64,000 bases of DNA from an uncultured Phycisphaerales bacterium (GCA_963758525.1 CAVWVQ010000003.1:3040001-3104000); one strand, 5' to 3'; positions 1 to 11,411 are shown, counted from the stretch's first letter. The notes: a model not told the origin generated them from the letters alone. Program-made: numbers and translations.

Positions 1-1703
1 ATCAGCGCGCCGCCGAGCTTGAGAGTCGTGAATCAGAGCGGCGGATCGACGCTCCCGGCAAACGATCCGGGGTGGGCCGGGGAGATTTCGCTCGACGTCG
101 AGTGGGCGCATGCCATCGCGCCGGCGGCGAATATTCTGCTCGTTGAGGCCAACAGCGCAACCCTCACCGCCCTGCTGGCGGGAGTCAACTACGCCCGGCA
201 CGTGGCGGGCGTCTCGGCGGTCTCGATGAGCTGGGGCGGCAGCGAATTCTTCAGCTTCAACGGCACGGAATTCACCGGCGAAACGCAGTACGACTCCGAC
301 TTCACCACTCCTTCCGGTCACGGCGGCGTCACCTTCATCGCATCGGCCGGCGACAGCGGAACGTTCTCCGGCGTTCAATGGCCGGCAGTGTCCCCAAATG
401 TGTTGTCCGTCGGCGGAACCAGTCTCTACACCAGCGCGGACGGCACCTACAACTCGGAGTATTCGTGGGTGGGAACCAGCGGGGGCTACAGCGAGATTGA
501 GCCAACTCCCTCCTATCAGAACGGCGTCGATTTCGCGGGAACGCGCAGCTCCCCGGACGTCGCGTACGTTGCCGATCCAAATACCGGCGTGGCAGTCTTC
601 GATTCGTATCCTGACGGCGGGTACGTCGGATGGCAGGTGGTGGGCGGCACCAGCGCCGTGCGCCGCAGTGGGCGGGGCTGATTGCGATCGCGAATCAGGG
701 ACGCGCCCTCTCGGGTCTCGGCACGCTCGACGGTGTGTCGCAGACGCTCCCGATCATCTACAGCCTGTACAGCGCGCCGGGGACGAGCGGCTATTCCAGC
801 TACACATCCGACTTCAACGACATCATCGACCCGCGCAACTTCTTCGAAGCCGCCACGCCCGGGTACGACCAACTCACCGGCGTGGGGTCGCCCAAGGCGT
901 TTAATGTGGTCGATGCATTGGCGGACATCTCGCCGGGGAGTCAGCCGATAACGCCCACTCCTCCGACGACGCCGGTGCTGCCTCCTTCGACCATCGAGGC
1001 GACCATCATTTCCTCGCTGCCGGTTTCCGCGGTGGGCGACACCATCGGCTCGATGACGCTGCGGCTGTTCAATACCGGCGCCACCGCGTTCAGCGGGCCT
1101 CTCTCGGTTGCGCTCTACACCACAACCGACGGTTCGATTACTGCGAGTGACACGCCGTTTGAGACCGTGACGCTGGATCAGGTGAATGTCGCCGCCAACA
1201 AAGCATCGAAGGTGGTGGTCCACTTCAAGTATCCCACGAACGTTCCCAATGGCAGCTATCAGTTCGCCGCCGCCGTCACCGCTACCGGCGCCGGCACGGC
1301 ACCGGCCGATGCCGTCGCGTCCGATTCGGTCAGCATTGCGGCCCCGATTGTCGATCTCGACGCCAAGGCACTTCAGAAGAGCACGGCCGTCAATCCAGGC
1401 CATCGCAAGTCGATCGAAATTCGCATCACCAATACCGGCAACTTCACCGCCTCGGGCGTGCTGACGTTGAATCTCTATTCATCGACTGATACCACGCTCG
1501 ACGCCTCGGATCCGATGATTCTCTCGTTCGGAAGGCGCATCGCGCTGCGGCCCGCGCGTTCGATGCTGGTGAACCTCCGCTTCGTGGCGCCGTCGTCGTT
1601 GGCTGCGGGGTCCTACAACCTGATCGCGGCGGCAAGCTCGTCTATTCGGCCGCCCGATGTCGATTCGGGCGACAAGATCGTTGTGATCGCAACGCGGGGA
1701 TGA
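1..1703 (+). CDS. S53 (sedolisin/kumamolisin-like) peptidase with C-terminal CARDB/Ig-like domains; 5' end outside window; frameshift near 659
   Basis: Motifs EISLDVEWAHAIAP, SMSWGG, ASAGDSG, PDVAYVADP and catalytic GGTSA. The expected continuation APQWAGLIAIANQ...GYDQLTGVGSP lies in the 630..1703 frame. Confidence 0.88.
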
Positions 1704-1718
1704 TCCAGCCGAGAGCCG

Positions 1719-3389
1719 TCAGTCACGCGGACCCGGAGGAAGGTCGAATGGAGGCCCGCCAGGCGGCCCGCCGAAACCGGGCGGTCCCCCGCGGCCCCCA
1801 AAGCCTCCGCCGGCGGGATGATTCGGGCGTTGCTTGTCGCGCGGATCTTCCGTGCCCCAATATCCTCCGATCAGATACGGGAAGACGCCGGGTGTGACGT
1901 GATAGTGCCAGCCGCGCTGGGGGTCGAAGTGCAGGTTGAAGCCGTTGAGCGCGTGTTCGCCGCGAGCATCTTTGGCCATCAGATTCTTGCTTTCGTAGGG
2001 ACCGTAGACGGGGAAACCGTCAAAGGCCCAGCCGATCAGCGGCGAGTGCTTGCTGCCGTCGTCGGCCCAGGGGGAATTCAGGCAGATCGGATACTTGTGA
2101 TAGTGGTACAGGTTATCCTGATTCGGATGGCCGCAGCAGCGGTCCATCAGATCGCTGGCATCGCGATTCCCCATGTCGAACGGATTGAAGAAGACCACGC
2201 CGTTGACGGCGATGCCGACGGGCCCCATCGGCAGGGCATGATTGGAGTTGTCTGTCGTCGTGACAAAGTGCCTCGGATTCACCTTCGGATCCAGCGGAAG
2301 GTAAAACGTCTCGTCCTGCTCCTGGATGGAATTGGGGTTCCCATTTCCAGAAGAACGCTCGGCGGGGAACTTAGCAGTGGGGTGATTCGGAATCCCGCGC
2401 GAGTGAATGATCATGGTCGTTTCGTCAAAGCTCACCGTGACGTTGTCCAGCACGACACGATCTGAAGTGACGATCGCGCCCGAATCGTCCTTCTCCCCGG
2501 CATGCAGCACGGCGGTCATGTTTCCCGCAAACGGCGCACTGTAGACAGCGTCGTGATAGAGAAGCCGATCCGCGTTGGACGCGTCGAATTTCTTCGGCGG
2601 CGACTCCTCGTTGTCCTTCGCCCAGTAGAACCAGCGGCCGCCGATGGCGATCAGTTTGCCGGGCGGCGCAGTCGTCTCCACCGTTTGGGTCGCGCGGGGC
2701 TTGGGCGCGTCGACCGGCTCAGGAATCCGGATGAGGCTGAAATCGTCGACAAAGAACTCGGAGTTGGCAGCGTTCGTTGCGGCGCCATGCCCGAAGCCGA
2801 CGCAGAGCCGAAGTTGTGTCACCTGCGGGAACGGGAGCCAAAAATCGAGCTGGTAGGTCCGCCAAGCTTCCGCGCCGTTGCGGTGACGCACGCCGTTGAC
2901 GGTCAGATCCCGGCGAGCTTCCTCCACTTGCGGATAGATTGACATTTCCTTGGCATCGTAGGAAGTGCTCCCATGGTCCCCCAGGAAGAAGACCTTCATA
3001 TACAGGTCGTCATTTCTGACTGCGAAATTTTCCTCCGGCAGCCCGCGAAACGTAAACCGGAACCATCGTCCAGCCGCCGCGTCGATTCCGGTTACCACCT
3101 GCGCAACCTCGCCGGCAGGCGGGCCTCCGCTCTGACGTTTGGCGGATTGCAATGCGACACCGAAGCTCGAAAAATCACGATGCAAGTCTCCGAGGAAGCG
3201 ATACTCAACGGCGCCCGCGAGCGCATAACCAACCGGTGCGCCATCGGGGCCGCGCGTCTCAAAATCTGGGTTGGCAACGAGGTTGCCCGTCGTTGCCGAG
3301 GGCCGGTCCGCAACGGCCGCTCCGAGCAGCCCGACGAACAGCAGCGCGCCGAGGGACTGGACCGATCGTGGAAACTGCAGCCGCATTGG
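1719..3389 (-). CDS. Secreted YHYH-domain protein with N-terminal carbohydrate-binding-like module
   Basis: Signal peptide after MRLQFPRS; NLVANPDFE CBM-like start; GPVGIAVNGV, CCGHP, YHYH, GWAFDGFPVYGP, WHYH; Gly/Pro-rich tail. Confidence 0.82.
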   Translation of the reverse strand, partial: PMRLQFPRSVQSLGALLFVGLLGAAVADRPSATTGNLVANPDFETRGPDGAPVGYALAGAVEYRFLGDLHRDFSSFGVALQSAKRQSGGPPAGEVAQVVTGIDAAAGRWFRFTFRGLPEENFAVRNDDLYMKVFFLGDHGSTSYDAKEMSIYPQVEEARRDLTVNGVRHRNGAEAWRTYQLDFWLPFPQVTQLRLCVGFGHGAATNAANSEFFVDDFSLIRIPEPVDAPKPRATQTVETTAPPGKLIAIGGRWFYWAKDNEESPPKKFDASNADRLLYHDAVYSAPFAGNMTAVLHAGEKDDSGAIVTSDRVVLDNVTVSFDETTMIIHSRGIPNHPTAKFPAERSSGNGNPNSIQEQDETFYLPLDPKVNPRHFVTTTDNSNHALPMGPVGIAVNGVVFFNPFDMGNRDASDLMDRCCGHPNQDNLYHYHKYPICLNSPWADDGSKHSPLIGWAFDGFPVYGPYESKNLMAKDARGEHALNGFNLHFDPQRGWHYHVTPGVFPYLIGGYWGTEDPRDKQRPNHPAGGGFGGRGGPPGFGGPPGGPPFDLPPGPRD

Positions 3390-3507
3390 ATGACCTCCGT
3401 GAGATGGCACTACAGGGCCGATACAACGGATCAATGGACGAGCCCGCCGTTTCGGTAACCGCCGTCATGGAAAAGCTGATCGCAGAAGCGCGCGAACCCG
3501 CTGCCCC

Positions 3508-3605
3508 AAAGCCGCCGGCTCCGCCGGCGGGAATTTCTGCGCGTTCGTACTAATAACACTGCTTCGGGACAACGGGAAGTTCCCGCCGGCAGAGCCGGCG
3601 GCTTT
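3508..3605. repeat. Palindromic doublet (REP-like, or IS200/IS605-end-like hairpins)
   Basis: aaagccgccggctccgccggcgggaa (3508-3533) is inverted at 3580-3605 with one mismatch; each arm is itself a hairpin. Confidence 0.7.
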
Positions 3606-3767
3606 CTGGGGTTCCTGGGGACGATCGCCGGCGGTGTCGCTAAAAGCGTTCAATGAACTCGATAGCACTATTTTCAATCGGGACTGGACGTTCGCGTATA
3701 ACGCGCCAGAGGGGCGACGCGATCGGGGGTGTAACTTTTATTTGTGGCGATTGCAGATTTTGCGATC

Positions 3768-3835
3768 GTAGGGCGGGATTCATCCCGCCGTTTTCTCAGC
3801 CGGCCAACAAATCGGCGGGATGAATCCCGCCCTAC
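3768..3835. repeat. GTAG-class REP doublet
   Basis: GTAGGGCGGGATTCATCCCGCCG (3768-3790) and its perfect reverse complement (3813-3835). Confidence 0.85.
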
Positions 3836-3949
3836 TCGGAGCCGATCGCCACTTTCGAGCGCTACACCCCGCGATCGGCTTTTCCGATCATGCAGCTTGC
3901 AAATCCACGCTGTTGCGGCGACAACAGACGGCCAACCGCACCCTAACGC

Positions 3950-4912
3950 ATGCTTCTGAAAATCAAGCACCAAACCGATCTGACGTACTCCTCGCTGATC
4001 AGTGAATCCGTCATGGAGCTGAGGGTATCCCCGCGCCAGGAGCAGGATCAGCATCGGCTGTCTTTCACCCTGGCGGTGGGCCCGCCGACCTCCGCGCTCA
4101 GCTACTTTGACTGGCTCGGGAATACGGTTCACGCGTTCTCCGTGAATCCGGTGCATCGCCAGATCAAGATCGTCGCGACCAGCGTCGTGGAGACGGATCG
4201 GCCGCGCAAGCAGCCGGAGCGTTTTGCCGACACCTGGCCGCTTCCGCCGGGGTCGTTCGATTACAGCTTCTACGATTTCCTTCAGTTTGGCGGTCCGATC
4301 GTCGACGTGCCCAAGCTCCGCGAATTGATCGAGATCGTTCATCCGCAACCGGGCCAGTCGTTGGGCGAACTGGCGCTGCGCATGCTCCATCTCATCAACG
4401 AGAAATTCACCTATGAGAAGGGCGTCACCACCGCGGCCAGTCCGATCACCGACATCCTCGACGTCGGCTCGGGCGTCTGCCAGGATTTTAGTCATCTGAT
4501 GATCGCCCTGGCCCGCGCGATGAAGATCCCCGCGCGTTATGTCAGCGGGCTGATTCATCCCGACGCCCAGCGATATCGCGGCTTCACCCAGACCCACGCG
4601 TGGTGCGAACTGTACTTTCCCACGGCGGGCTGGATCGGGTTCGACCCTGCTAACAACTGCATCGTCGGCGGCAACTTCGTCAAAGTCGCCATCGGCCGGA
4701 ATTTCAACGACGTGCCGCCCAACAAGGGCCTGTATCGCGGGAACGCGAAGGAATCGATCGATGTGACAGTGCACAGCGAGGAGTTGACGCAGATCCCCTC
4801 GGAGCTGGCGGCCGAGCGCATGGAATCGCTGCCGATCCCAACGCTGTCGGAGGGGAGATTTGGCCCCAGGGCGCTGGCGCTGGCGAATCAGCAGGAACAA
4901 CAGCAGCAATAA
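3950..4912 (+). CDS. Transglutaminase-like protein (bacterial transglutaminase N-domain + core)
   Basis: Triad motifs GVCQDFSH, HAWCE, GFDPAN; ARYVSG; C-terminal QQEQQQQ tail. Confidence 0.92.
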   Translation: MLLKIKHQTDLTYSSLISESVMELRVSPRQEQDQHRLSFTLAVGPPTSALSYFDWLGNTVHAFSVNPVHRQIKIVATSVVETDRPRKQPERFADTWPLPPGSFDYSFYDFLQFGGPIVDVPKLRELIEIVHPQPGQSLGELALRMLHLINEKFTYEKGVTTAASPITDILDVGSGVCQDFSHLMIALARAMKIPARYVSGLIHPDAQRYRGFTQTHAWCELYFPTAGWIGFDPANNCIVGGNFVKVAIGRNFNDVPPNKGLYRGNAKESIDVTVHSEELTQIPSELAAERMESLPIPTLSEGRFGPRALALANQQEQQQQ

Positions 4913-4917
4913 GGGGA

Positions 4918-4966
4918 AGGCACCGGGGGAAGGCACGAAGGCATTGAGGCACCAAGGCACGAAGGG
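4918..4966 (+). repeat. Degenerate tandem octamer repeat (AGGCACGA family)
   Basis: aggcaccg..aggcacga aggcattg aggcacca aggcacga directly after the stop codon at 4912. Confidence 0.7.
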
Positions 4967-5073
4967 GGAGGATGGGGAGGCGTTGCTGGAAATCCGAATG
5001 ACGATACTCGAAATCAGAGTCGAATTTTAATTCGAGGATTCTAGCTTCGACATTTGGACTTTTTTCGTGGCGT

Positions 5074-5879
5074 CTACTTCACTTCCTCCGTCCAAACAGT
5101 GAACTTTTCCAATATGGCTGCGCCAAACGATGTCGTCAGCGCCACGTCGCATGCGTCGCGGCCGCGGGCTTGCAGCACCCGGCCGATGCGCGGCTCGTTG
5201 TGACGGGCATCAAGCGTGTACCAGCGATGGCCGAGATAGACCTCGAACCACGCGGAGAAATCCATTGGGAACGGCGCGGGGGGACGCCGATGTCACCGAG
5301 ATAGCCGGTCGCGTAGCGGGCGGGAATGTTCAGCGCGCGGAGCAGCGTCACGGCCAGGTGCATGAAGTCCCGGCAGACGCCTTTGCGCTCGACGAATACG
5401 TCGTATGCAGTCTTGGTTGACCTGGCAAATTCATAGCCGAAGGTCACGTTGTTGAAGACCCAGTCCATGACCGCCTGGACCCGCTCCCACGTCGGGGGCG
5501 TCTGCCCGAAAAGTCCCCAGGCGGTGTCGAGCATCCGATCCACCTCGCAATATCGGCTGGCGAGCAGGAACTTGAGAATGTCCTTGGGCAATTCATCCAC
5601 CGGGTGCAGGCGGGCACCGTGAATCGTCGCTTCGTGAAGGCCGCTGTCCTGGGCGACGTTGTCGTAGAGAATGCGAAATTTCCCGGCCGGCGCGATCAGA
5701 CGCGCGGCCCGATTCCCGAACCAATCCTTGAAATCCTCAACCTTTACCTTGGGCTCGACGATCAGCCGTTGAGGCTTTTGCAGGACGTGAGCCTGCTCGG
5801 GATGGGTGTAAAGCATCACCAGCATCGAAACCGGAGCGGGAATATCGAAAATCAGCTCGAAGCCGATGTGAATCAGCAT
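5074..5879 (-). CDS. Transglutaminase-like protein, frameshifted in a G/C run near 5280
   Basis: GVCRDFMH and ARYATGYLGDIGVP in 5136..5879; MDFSAWFEVYL...DARHN...GRDACDVA in 5074..5265. One extra C in the run at 5278-5283 joins them. Confidence 0.9.
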
Positions 5880-5922
5880 GATATCTTTCTGGTCTCTGGC
5901 GCGGTCCTTTCCGGCTCTGAGC

Positions 5923-5983
5923 GTAGCGGAGCGCGCAGTGGGGCGTCAACGACTGAATTGCGGCGCCCGCACGCTCGCCCTAC
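5923..5983. repeat. Degenerate GTAG-class REP doublet
   Basis: gtagcggagcgcgc ... gcacgctcgccctac, imperfect inverted arms between divergent genes. Confidence 0.5.
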
Positions 5984-6040
5984 CGGCTTTGCAAGTGGAT
6001 TGGTAGGATATCGGCTCGCGCTCGAAAGGACTCGGGAGAG

Positions 6041-6892
6041 ATGACGTATTGCCTTGGGATCGTAACGAAACATGGGCTGGTGATGGCCTCGGACTCGCGC
6101 ACCAACGCGGGGTACGATCAGGTCAACATCTGCAAGAAGATGCACACGTTCGTTCAGCCCGGCGAACGGGTCTTCGTCGCGCTGACCAGCGGGAGCCTGT
6201 CGCTCACGCAGTCGATTCTCACATTGCTGCGCCGTGACTTCGACGCCGGAAAAGGGTTGGCCTCGGCGAGTTCTCTCTACGACGCGGCCCGGGTGATCGG
6301 CGAGCAGGTTCGCCGCGTCTCGGACATGGACCGCGCTGCGCTGGAACGCGACGACTATCGCTTCAACGTGAACACGATTCTCGGAGGCCAGGTCAAAGGG
6401 GAGCCGCCCAGCCTGATGCTGATTTATCCGCAGGGCAATCCGCTGCAGGTCAGCGAGGATTCGCCCTATCTTCAAATTGGGGAAACCAAATACGGCCGGC
6501 CGATCCTCGATCGCGGTATCCGATACGATGTGACCACCCTCGAAGAAGCCGCCAAGTATGCGCTGCTTTCGCTCGACTCGACCATGAAATCGAATGTTAC
6601 GGTCGGCCCGCCGATCGACCTGCTGGCCTATCTTCCCGACGAACTGGACATCACCCGTCATCGGCGGTTTGAAAACGACGATCCGGATCTGAGCAAGATT
6701 CGCGTGAGGTGGGAAGGCGCATTGCGGCAGGCAATTTCACGACTGCCCGACGTTCGCTTCACAAGCCGTCGCGGCGCGGGACAAGCGCCCAATGACGACA
6801 CAATTCAGCTCGTGGAGCGTGCCGGGCAGTCGCTGGAGCCGACTGCGGAATTGCAGGCTCAACAGGCGCAGGAACGCCGGTCACAACGATAG
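6041..6892 (+). CDS. Proteasome-type (Anbu-like) Ntn-hydrolase protease
   Basis: N-terminal MTYCLG (Thr nucleophile), SDSRTNAG, IYPQGNP, QIGETKYGRPILDR, STMKSNVTVGPPIDL. Confidence 0.92.
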   Translation: MTYCLGIVTKHGLVMASDSRTNAGYDQVNICKKMHTFVQPGERVFVALTSGSLSLTQSILTLLRRDFDAGKGLASASSLYDAARVIGEQVRRVSDMDRAALERDDYRFNVNTILGGQVKGEPPSLMLIYPQGNPLQVSEDSPYLQIGETKYGRPILDRGIRYDVTTLEEAAKYALLSLDSTMKSNVTVGPPIDLLAYLPDELDITRHRRFENDDPDLSKIRVRWEGALRQAISRLPDVRFTSRRGAGQAPNDDTIQLVERAGQSLEPTAELQAQQAQERRSQR

Positions 6893-6896
6893 TCTA

Positions 6897-8715
6897 TTAA
6901 CGAGCGCTGTTCGCCCTTGAACTGACGCGATGAGGGCCGGCGGAGATCCCGTCAACCATGAGCGTCGCGTTCAACTGCTTTGCCTTCACGACTTTTCCGT
7001 CGAGAATCATGTCGTCGCTGGCGCCAGAGCGGGCGGGCAGCTCAACCGCTGCCGTCGCACCCGGCGGCACTTCAATGTCGAGACTTGCGGTGTCACTGTT
7101 CCACGACACACTCACCGCGCCCCGCGGAGTCGGCACCTTGCCGCGAATCCATTTCAATGCGCCGGGCTGCGGAGCAATGAGAATTTTCGTGTAACCCGGC
7201 TCAAGGGGACGTACGCCCAGGACATAACGCGAAATGATGTTTGCCGGCGCAACCCCACGCATGATTCCAGTCCAAATTGTGTTTGGATGCAGAATCCCAC
7301 GCCTCCAGAGTCATGGTGGAGCCCATTTCCATCATGTGCCACCAGCTGTGCACCGTTTTGGCCGTCATGAGCTGGATGGCGTACTCGTCCTTATCCGCGG
7401 CGAACATCGCCTCGAGCAGATACTGTGCGCCGTAAACGCTGCACGCCATCCCGCGCGATTGCACGAAATCGACGACTTTGGCTCTGCAGGGTTCGGGGAC
7501 AAGTCCGAAAGCCAGCGGAAACATGTTCCCATGAAGCGAATAGTGCGCGCTGCCTTCGCCGTCGGTGTAAAGCCCACGTTCTTTGTTGAAGAAGGCGCGA
7601 TTAAATGACTGGTAAACCTGTTTCGCCTTCGATTCCAACTGAGTCGCGTCGGTTTCCTTGTTCGAAAGCGCGCGAAGCAGCGCCATCTGTTGCAGCGCGT
7701 GATAATAGAATGCGTTTACGGCAGTGTTGTATTCCGGCCCCAACTGGCGACCGCGTTTCTCGCCGGGAAATGACTCATCGCCGCTATATCCGTCGCGGTA
7801 GGCCTTCGGCCAATCCACGATCGCTCCGGCGCGCAGCAGGCCGTCCGCGCGGGCCTTGTCCATCAGCAATTTGGATTTGAGTGCATCCCAGTGATCGCGC
7901 GCCAGTTGGATGTCGCCGGTGGCCATGTAATCTTCGGCGGCAATCATCGGCATGTGGAAGCTCCACTCCGTCGGCCAGGTTGGATGCTGCAGCAAATAGT
8001 CGAACGTGCAGCGGGCCACGCGCGGATCGAGATCGCAGGCATAAAACGAAAGCTGATTGATGTAAGCGTCCGCTTCGTATGGCGTTCGCTCGCGGTCGCC
8101 GTCAATGAAAATGCCAAAAGCCGATGTCGCCTCAATCGTGTGTTTGCAAAGATGCCATACGTTGTTCAGCATCTCGTCCGAACTTTCAAAGCCTGAGGCG
8201 CCGTCATTGAACGGTGCGTGAACGAATAACTGGATCGCGCCGGTCTTTTCCAAGCGCGGCAATGACTCGCCCTCGATTTCCGCGTAACGGAATGGAGCGA
8301 TCTCGCCGAGGCCCGGAGTTGGTTCGGACGCATTTCCCTTTGGATGTTTCACTGCAGGAAGATCGAGTTGATAACCTTGCTTGTCGGGCTGCAGTTTCAA
8401 GGTGCCTTCGCGAAAACTAACGGAGCCGCCCGGGCTGCGGTCGATCGCGCCGCCCGCATCCAACTTTTCGCCCAGGCGCACCTTCAATTCGGCCGGCAGG
8501 TCCGCGCCTGAACCGGACGTGGCAAGATCAATCTTCAAGCTGCCGTAAGCGTCTTCGCCAAAATCGGCGAAATAGACCGCGCCACGTTTCTCGAATCGCA
8601 CTGGCGCAACCGGCGTGATGTCCGGCTTGACGCGCTCGACCGCGACCGCCGAAGACGTCAACAACACGAGGATTGAAATCAGATTCAAGATCGAACGGGA
8701 TATTTGCACACACAA
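6897..8715 (-). CDS. Alpha-L-rhamnosidase-like glycosidase (GH78-related), frameshifted near 7250
   Basis: Signal peptide; FADFG, PFRYAEI, DGDRERTPYEAD, TMTLEAWD, NHAWG; the C-terminal GVRPLEPGY...VPTPRG domain is in the 6897..7262 frame. Confidence 0.85.
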
Positions 8716-8822
8716 CTCCAGTCAACAATCTGTATCTGCGCCGCCCCGGATAATTCAGAGCGGAGTAGTCTGACTCCTGCGACTTCCGCCATTGCGTCTT
8801 CGTTGCGAGTTACCGTGCGTTG

Positions 8823-11411
8823 TCACCGAGTAGCGCTTGATCCATTTGTAGCCGGCGGCGATGACGCCGGATCGGGGTCACCGACCCCGACTACAGTGCT
8901 CGATATCCGCGCCGTCGCCGGCGCCAATCCTTCTCGGGTTGCCGTGAGGGTGATCTCGCCGGGTTGCAAGGTTGAACGAACCGCGACGCGATTGATCCCG
9001 CACTCGGTATTCAGATAGAGATTGTTCGTCGAGTTGGGAATACCGCTGTTATATCCCCCACGCCAGATGGCTGGACCCGTAAGCTTGAAATCCACCCGTG
9101 CTTCATCCGTCGGGCAACGGCGACCTTGCGCATCGACCGCTTCGACATCGAACAGCACAACGTCCTCGCCGTCCGCTTTTAGGCCGCCCGGTCCGGTGAT
9201 CGGCGTCAGTTTCAGACTCTTTGCCGGGCCGGCCGTCTCAATCTTCTGCTGAGCGACCACTTTCCCCGACGAGATAGCGACTGCCTTAATCTCGCCTGGG
9301 ACGAAAACAATTTCCGGGAAGGAATAGATGTAGCCGTCGGTGGGCGTGCTCTGCTTTCCCTTCGACTGTCCGTTAACGAACAGCTCCACGGAGTCGCAAT
9401 GGCTGGCGGCAACATACACGGTCTTGTGTGTGCCCCGGGGGTAGGTCCAATGCCCGATGACGTGTAAGTCGGGAGACTCATTCTGCATCACGCGATAGAC
9501 AAAATAAGCTTCCTTCGGCAGACGGACTGAATCCACTTTCCCACTCACCCGGCAGACCTCGCTGGAGTCCTGACGCCCATCAGCATTCGAATCCGAGAAG
9601 TAGATCGAGGCGTAGCCGGCCCACTTGGAATGAGACGGATCGGTGTTTGAAATCTTGTTCAGTTCGTAGTCGTGATAGCGTGTTGCTGCCGCCAGCGCGA
9701 ACGTCTCTGAATTCAGATGCCAGGTGTCATTCGGTCCCGGCTTGAACCCCATGTGCGGCGGTGAAAAATCGTCCCAGAACCGCCGCGAAGATTCTTCCCG
9801 GAAATCCTCCGCCTCAAGGAACGGCGCGCGATCGCGACGCTCGGCGCTGTAGCCGCGGAACAAGTCGGCCGGGCTTTTCAGCTTGTCGGTGCGCGGATCC
9901 TGGCCGATCATCACGCCGAAGTACTCGGCGATCGGCGTCGCTTCGCGATCGTTGAGCGATCGGCAACCCAACGCGCGGCCGCCATGCGGATCGTATTGTT
10001 TGCGCAGGTCCAGCATCTGCTGCAAGTGTGCGGCGCTGATGTGATTGTTGCCCGCTTCCCAGAACAGGATGCTCGGCTGATTGCGGAAATAGATCATCGA
10101 GTCGCGCATCACCTCCACCCGCTGCTCCCACTGGCGACCCTCAACGTCCCCTTCCTTGTCGCCGGCGGGGCATATTTCCACGATGCCCGCGCGGTCAAGT
10201 GCCTCCACATCCACCCGCTGCGGGGAGGTGTGCATCCACCGAACATAGTTGCCATGACTCGCGCGAATCATCGAAGCGGTCAGATCGTGCATCCATTCGG
10301 GATACGCCTGCCCAAGCCCGGCCCAGTCGTTGACCGAGCGCTGCGCGTACCCTTTGAGGTAGACGAACTTGTCGTTGAGCCAGAGGCCCCCCTTCCCCAC
10401 TCCGCCCCTGAACTCACCCTTGCGAAAGCCGGTCTTTATCCTGCAGACATCGACCGGCTTCCCGTCGACCAGGAGGATGGAATAGACATCGTAGAGATAC
10501 GGATCTTCGACGCTCCAGAAGCGCGCGCCCGTCAACGGACCGCTGGCCGTCACCACGTCCTTTTGCCCATTCACCAGGTCCGATGCTTCACCGCCGAACT
10601 TCGCCCGCACAATTCCCGCGCCATCCACCACGAAGACGTTCAGCGTGATCGATTGATTGTCCGTCTCCTCATTGCAGACCTGCGCCTCGACCGTCACTTT
10701 CGCCGTCTTCGCGGCAACATTGAAGTCCTCCGCATACACGTACACGCCCGTCGTTTTGAGGTTCTCGAATAGCGGAAGCGTCTGATAGACCTTGCCAGTC
10801 AGGTGCAGCCACAATCTTCGATTCAGTCCACCATAATTGGGATTGAACGCACTCCCTTCCCACTCGTAGCCCGTACCGGTTGACTCTTCCTGATAATCCT
10901 TCGAGTTGTCCACCTTGACCGCGAGAACATTCTCCTCGTCACCAAAGCGGGCAAATGGCGTCAGATCGAAGCCCGCGCCGGTGATGCCGTTTTCGCATTT
11001 GCCAACCGGCTGGCCGTTCAGAAAGAACCGGCCGGCCTGTCGCATTCCTTCAGATTCGAGGAAGACTTTCCCACCTTTCGCACTGGCCGGTAGTTTGAAG
11101 TGCCTTCGATACCATCCCACCCCCATGTACTCACCGCTCTTGTCGCCGCTGCTGTGACTGATGAACGAGCGGTAGGTGTCCGTGTCGTTCCAGGTGTGTG
11201 GCGTGCTGACGGTGCTCCACTTGCTGTCATCGAAACTCGCCGCTTCCGCGCCAGGGGCATCGCTGCGCACGAACTTCCAGCCTACGTTAAAATCCAGAGT
11301 TTGCCGTGCCGTCAGCGGCGGGGAGTAGGCCGGTCCTTCCGCCATGGCGGGCCGGAGGAAGCAGACCCAAAGAAAGAGGGCAAAGAGAACTGAAATCCGA
11401 TGCGGTTTCAT
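8823..11411 (-). CDS. Glycoside hydrolase family 2 (beta-galactosidase-like, DUF4982-type)
   Basis: Signal peptide; FNVGWKF, GWYRRHF, YGGLNR, RNQPSILFWEAGN, GHWTYP, VELFVNG, LKADGEDV. Confidence 0.88.
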   Translation of the reverse strand: MKPHRISVLFALFLWVCFLRPAMAEGPAYSPPLTARQTLDFNVGWKFVRSDAPGAEAASFDDSKWSTVSTPHTWNDTDTYRSFISHSSGDKSGEYMGVGWYRRHFKLPASAKGGKVFLESEGMRQAGRFFLNGQPVGKCENGITGAGFDLTPFARFGDEENVLAVKVDNSKDYQEESTGTGYEWEGSAFNPNYGGLNRRLWLHLTGKVYQTLPLFENLKTTGVYVYAEDFNVAAKTAKVTVEAQVCNEETDNQSITLNVFVVDGAGIVRAKFGGEASDLVNGQKDVVTASGPLTGARFWSVEDPYLYDVYSILLVDGKPVDVCRIKTGFRKGEFRGGVGKGGLWLNDKFVYLKGYAQRSVNDWAGLGQAYPEWMHDLTASMIRASHGNYVRWMHTSPQRVDVEALDRAGIVEICPAGDKEGDVEGRQWEQRVEVMRDSMIYFRNQPSILFWEAGNNHISAAHLQQMLDLRKQYDPHGGRALGCRSLNDREATPIAEYFGVMIGQDPRTDKLKSPADLFRGYSAERRDRAPFLEAEDFREESSRRFWDDFSPPHMGFKPGPNDTWHLNSETFALAAATRYHDYELNKISNTDPSHSKWAGYASIYFSDSNADGRQDSSEVCRVSGKVDSVRLPKEAYFVYRVMQNESPDLHVIGHWTYPRGTHKTVYVAASHCDSVELFVNGQSKGKQSTPTDGYIYSFPEIVFVPGEIKAVAISSGKVVAQQKIETAGPAKSLKLTPITGPGGLKADGEDVVLFDVEAVDAQGRRCPTDEARVDFKLTGPAIWRGGYNSGIPNSTNNLYLNTECGINRVAVRSTLQPGEITLTATREGLAPATARISSTVVGVGDPDPASSPPATNGSSATR

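Noticed and set aside
3434..3553. 39-aa ORF MDEPAVSV...
   Set aside because: Its 3' half is a palindrome arm and it has no recognisable motif.
8733..8759. Fourth copy of promoter motif B upstream of the GH78-like gene
   Set aside because: GCGCAGATA is present on the minus strand, but the upstream element is TCTGAA with shorter spacing; too weak to call.
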